A stretch of DNA of 49,909 nucleotides, filler included, from Actinomycetota bacterium (GTDB taxonomy: Bacteria > Actinomycetota > Actinomycetes > JAKEEW01): assembly GCA_046725875.1 (NCBI GenBank). It is 2 parts of 2 records of this genome, joined end to end, with 100 filler letters (N's around TTAATTAATTAA, not from the genome) between each part and the next. Parts side by side here need not be neighbours in the genome. Positions count along the whole stretch, not along the records: positions 31,606 to 49,909 come from JBKOZJ010000196.1; 1 more part is not named here. One strand, written 5' to 3'. Positions within the stretch are counted from its first letter, which is position 1; each line of letters opens with the position of its first letter. The notes beneath the pieces are model-generated. The model was given only the letters and a program-made list of their open reading frames with translations, was not told the origin of the DNA and did not search any database. Below are positions 49,421 to 49,909 of the stretch, in pieces. Made by a program: the position numbers and the translations under genes.

Positions 49421-49909
49421 TCAGTCCACTCGCGGCCCGGCGAGATAGCCGCCGTCGACGATGAGATCGCTACCGGTGACGAAGGAGGCAGCGTCCGACA
49501 GAAGCCAGACGACCGCTTCGGCGACCTCTTCCGGCCGTGCCATCCGGTTGAGCGGCTGCTGCTTGGCAAACGTCTCGTAGAGCTCGCTGTCTTGAGGTGC
49601 GCCGGCTTTGAGGCCTGGGGTATCCACGTACGCGGGACAGACGGCGTTGATGCGAATGTTTTGGGTTGCGTACTCGAGCGCGGCGACGCGGGTGATCCCG
49701 CGAATGGCGAACTTCGAGGCGGTGTAGGGCGCGGTGAACGGAAATCCGGCGACGCCGGCGACCGACGACATGTTTACGATCGCCCCACCCCCTCGATCGC
49801 TCATCTCGGCGAGTTCGCGCACCATGCAGCGCCAGATGCCTTTCAGGTTGATGGCAATGATCCGGTCCCAGTCATCCTCCGAACAGCTAGCCGTCGACGC
49901 GTCCGCAGG
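49421..49909 (-). CDS. SDR-family oxidoreductase, 5' end outside window
   Basis: IVNMSS, YTASK, IRINAVCP, RMARPEEVA, FVTG..VDGG. Confidence 0.93.
   Translation of the reverse strand, partial: PADASTASCSEDDWDRIIAINLKGIWRCMVRELAEMSDRGGGAIVNMSSVAGVAGFPFTAPYTASKFAIRGITRVAALEYATQNIRINAVCPAYVDTPGLKAGAPQDSELYETFAKQQPLNRMARPEEVAEAVVWLLSDAASFVTGSDLIVDGGYLAGPRVD

Noticed and set aside
1..49909. CRISPR array, rRNA, prophage, integrase or recognisable defence system
   Set aside because: No repeat-spacer array or hallmark genes seen; no duplicated tRNA 3' ends (att sites) noticed by eye

Overview
High-GC actinobacterial DNA made of two contigs joined by an artificial N44-TTAATTAATTAA-N44 linker (31506-31605), so adjacency across that point is unproven. 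The left contig starts with intact genes: site-2 protease, GbsR/MarR-ABC exporter divergon, GH3 glucosidase, DinB-like gene and panB. It then becomes a decaying accessory region with IS6 and IS21 remnants and many gene fragments, mixed with intact small-molecule/detox genes, two DUF5937-ArsR regulators each beside a DUF1579-like gene, and an ArsR-SRPBCC-DUF2182-DUF899 operon. The right contig looks core: ECF sigma/anti-sigma, large ATPase-LuxR regulator, tRNA-His, orn, add, F420 LLM, pip, tRNA-Arg(UCU), dynA-dynB-ssbB and an SDR. The strongest unannotated signal is an 18-bp imperfect palindrome (ATTCG-N8-CGAAT type) found five times at a fixed 24-25 nt from a -10 element, including at the DUF5937-ArsR gene's own promoter, which suggests a local regulon. 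Other notable signals are an ECF sigma that appears to need an ACG start, a 35-aa ORF ahead of the LuxR ATPase, an orphan MerR-type promoter and a hairpin-dense intergenic region. All family assignments are by eye from motifs; no searches were run.
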